Below are positions 45,794 to 47,939 of a stretch of 47,939 bases of DNA, in pieces (within the stretch, counting starts at the first letter, position 1; each line of letters begins with the position of its first letter). The DNA comes from a virus (taxonomy: Duplodnaviria; Caudoviricetes): IMG/VR virus record IMGVR_UViG_3300031953_000030, positions 1 through 47,939 of that record; one strand, given 5' to 3'. Below the pieces are notes generated by a model. That model was not told the DNA's origin and ran no database searches. It worked only from the letters and a program-made list of their open reading frames with translations. A program made the position numbers and the translations under genes.

Positions 45794-45957
45794 TTGTCTC
45801 CTTTTGAGTGCAGTGTAAGTGTTTCCAAAAATTCGAGCCTCCGCCTGTCGGTTTGCCCAGATTGGAGAACTACGGTTCCCGGTGTTGGTCGCACTCCGAT
45901 AACTTTCCACGTCAAGATGCTATTGCCTATGCGAACGTAGTCGCCCATTTCGATCAC
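45790..45957 (-). CDS. Small hypothetical protein
   Basis: VIEMGDYVRIG...; start uncertain. Confidence 0.6.
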   Translation of the reverse strand: MIEMGDYVRIGNSILTWKVIGVRPTPGTVVLQSGQTDRRRLEFLETLTLHSKGDK

Positions 45958-46028
45958 CTGTAGTCGCCCATTTCGCTCCATTCCATAGAATCCAAACCCA
46001 CCCACCGAACACGGTAGAATGGTTGATT

Positions 46029-46478
46029 ATGGCAGTCTACCCAGAGGGCAATCCCGGCGCAAGCCCCATTGCAGTATCCACAGAAGTCGGCAAGCTACGA
46101 CTCATCGTAAACGACACCACAGGCGTACCGTATGACCCGGTAACGGCTGGCTTTGCGAACTACGGTTACTTCTCCGATGCTGCCCTAGAAACTTTGCTAG
46201 AGCAGGCTGCTGGGGACATTATGCTTGCGGCCGGTTACGCCTACCGCAACATTTCTGCCATCCTCATTCTGGAATCTCGGAACATCACCACTGATGATCT
46301 GAAGATTCAGACAGAGAACCGTGCGCGTGAGTTCCGCCTACTTGCAGATTCGATGATTGCCGATGCCAACAGCAACCTCGCCGCGTTCGACTACTGGGCA
46401 CTCACTGGTGGATCGCAAGACTATGACAATTCCGAGTTTGCCCCGTACAATTACTTCGGGAACTACGGGGTGGTGTAA
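46029..46478 (+). CDS. Head-to-tail adaptor
   Basis: VGKLRLIVND..YFSD..L..LL motif. Confidence 0.8.
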   Translation: MAVYPEGNPGASPIAVSTEVGKLRLIVNDTTGVPYDPVTAGFANYGYFSDAALETLLEQAAGDIMLAAGYAYRNISAILILESRNITTDDLKIQTENRAREFRLLADSMIADANSNLAAFDYWALTGGSQDYDNSEFAPYNYFGNYGVV

Positions 46479-46904
46479 GTGGGTCTGCCACTGATTGCAA
46501 CGTCGTGGGAGGATGAGATTGCCGAGTCTGCCGCAACAGAGTTCAAGTGTGTCATTGACATTGTTGACCCCAACAGTTCCACGACGACAGCTTACGATCC
46601 GGTTACTGGCACGGGCGGGGAGTCAACGCCTACAGTGATTGGTGCTGGCATTGCGGCGCGTGGACAGCACATTCGTACACCGCGCTGGGAGCAAACAACT
46701 TATGATGCGTCCGCGTACAGGAACTACAGGTTCCAGATCGCAATGGCCGACTCTCCGGCGAGCATACCTAAAGGCTTTCAGGTTATCGTGAAGTCTAACC
46801 CGCGTGATCTTTCCCTTGTCGGCGTTCCGTTTACCATTCAGGCATCCACAAACTCTTCCAATGCCGCTGTGCGTACTCTTGAGACTTTGGGGGCTGCAAC
46901 GTAA
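46479..46904 (+). CDS. Head-to-tail stopper
   Basis: YDPVTG motif; synteny. Confidence 0.7.
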   Translation: MGLPLIATSWEDEIAESAATEFKCVIDIVDPNSSTTTAYDPVTGTGGESTPTVIGAGIAARGQHIRTPRWEQTTYDASAYRNYRFQIAMADSPASIPKGFQVIVKSNPRDLSLVGVPFTIQASTNSSNAAVRTLETLGAAT

Positions 46905-47335
46905 TGGTATCCGGTGTGACGTGGACTGTGCGGCCACTCTCTATTAGCGCAAGGATCATCAAGCGGGTTGACTCCACCCGTGACGAACTTGAACAGCTCG
47001 TTGAGGGCGTAGTAAAGGATGGCGCTAACGATATGCGCCGGTTCATCCTTGAAGCCGTCACTAGGACTGGTGAAGCTCGCGCGGCTGCTGGCGATGGTGT
47101 TTCCGGACGTTACGAAATCGGAACGATGTACGACGCTGTCGGATCAGACGTTCAGCGCAGCGGGGATCGTATCGTTGGAGAGTTCGGCTGGCTCGAAGAA
47201 GTGCTCAAATACTACCTGTACCAAGAACAAGGCACCTCACGTCTTGAAGCAATGCACGCACTCCAAAAAGCATGGATCAACGCCTCCGAAGAGTTCCAAG
47301 CGCAAGTCAACGACATTCTTAGGAGAAACTTTTGA
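46904..47335 (+). CDS. Neck protein (HK97 gp10-like)
   Basis: GRYEIGTM..YYLYQEQGT motif. Confidence 0.75.
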   Translation: MVSGVTWTVRPLSISARIIKRVDSTRDELEQLVEGVVKDGANDMRRFILEAVTRTGEARAAAGDGVSGRYEIGTMYDAVGSDVQRSGDRIVGEFGWLEEVLKYYLYQEQGTSRLEAMHALQKAWINASEEFQAQVNDILRRNF

Positions 47336-47805
47336 GCAACTTTGACGGCTACGCAGAGGGCACGCTCTTCCTTGACCGGCTGAAAGCGAACGTGGCCGGT
47401 GGCCGCGTGCATACCCTAATGCCAGACGACACCCAGATTGAGAAGTTCACGGACAGCACGGTGAAACCATTTGTTGTGTTCCGCTACGGGACCCCAGTGC
47501 GCACACGCAGTGACAGAACACTTGCCGGTGAACGCCTACAGCCACACCGTATGCCCATCACCATCGGATCGTATGCAGGAACCCTAGACTTGGCGCGACA
47601 GCAAACCGCACATATCATGGATTTAATGCTGGACTGGCGAGCGAACAGCAACTCCAGCGCCTTCATCACTGACGGCGGGGATAGTTTTTCAGAACGGGAA
47701 GCAGCCAACACGCCAACACGTTTCGCTGACCTAATCTACGGTTCAATCGTTGTAAACATGGCACCCAACCCCGCAAACGTTGAACCCCCTGTCGGCCTAC
47801 CATAA
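47332..47805 (+). CDS. Tail terminator protein
   Basis: KPFVVF motif; lies before the tube genes. Confidence 0.7.
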   Translation: MSNFDGYAEGTLFLDRLKANVAGGRVHTLMPDDTQIEKFTDSTVKPFVVFRYGTPVRTRSDRTLAGERLQPHRMPITIGSYAGTLDLARQQTAHIMDLMLDWRANSNSSAFITDGGDSFSEREAANTPTRFADLIYGSIVVNMAPNPANVEPPVGLP

Positions 47806-47838
47806 CCAGCGCACTAAAGCAAGCAGATTGTACCGCAA

Positions 47839-47939
47839 ACTACTGTAGAATGGAACGGATATGACGAAACAAAAGTACCGCAACACTCGCAACGGTAAGG
47901 TAGGCTACAACACCCCCGAACAGGCGGCGCTGTTTCCTC
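47839..47939. repeat. Terminal direct repeat, copy 2 (circular assembly overlap)
   Basis: Identical to bases 1-101. Confidence 0.97.

Overview
The window is an apparently complete, circularly assembled ~47.8 kb siphovirus genome: bases 1-101 repeat exactly at 47839-47939. The host is probably actinobacterial (likely Microbacteriaceae), inferred from two WhiB genes, an LAYTG sortase-type surface protein and an M23 endolysin. Layout: tail and lysis genes (+, 1-11.6 kb); replication, recombination and early genes (-, 12.4-30.4 kb); accessory and nucleotide-metabolism genes (+, 30.7-37.8 kb); packaging, head and neck genes (+, 38.3-47.8 kb), interrupted by a reverse whiB cassette. I recognised no integrase, repressor, DNA polymerase or tRNA. 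The top finding is a 549-bp insert (34415-34963) carrying an endonuclease VII homing-type gene with its own leaderless promoter. It is nested in another frame inside a dATP/dGTP diphosphohydrolase-like gene whose own frame stays open across the insert; all 14 Leu and 6 Val codons of the nuclease end in C/T, which avoids host-frame stops. Other candidates are a structured ncRNA before terS, an anti-RBS small RNA, an ATC-initiated primase, a DnaA-box-flanked origin, and widespread leaderless and terminator-embedded promoters. All calls rest on motif recognition and synteny; no database searches were run.
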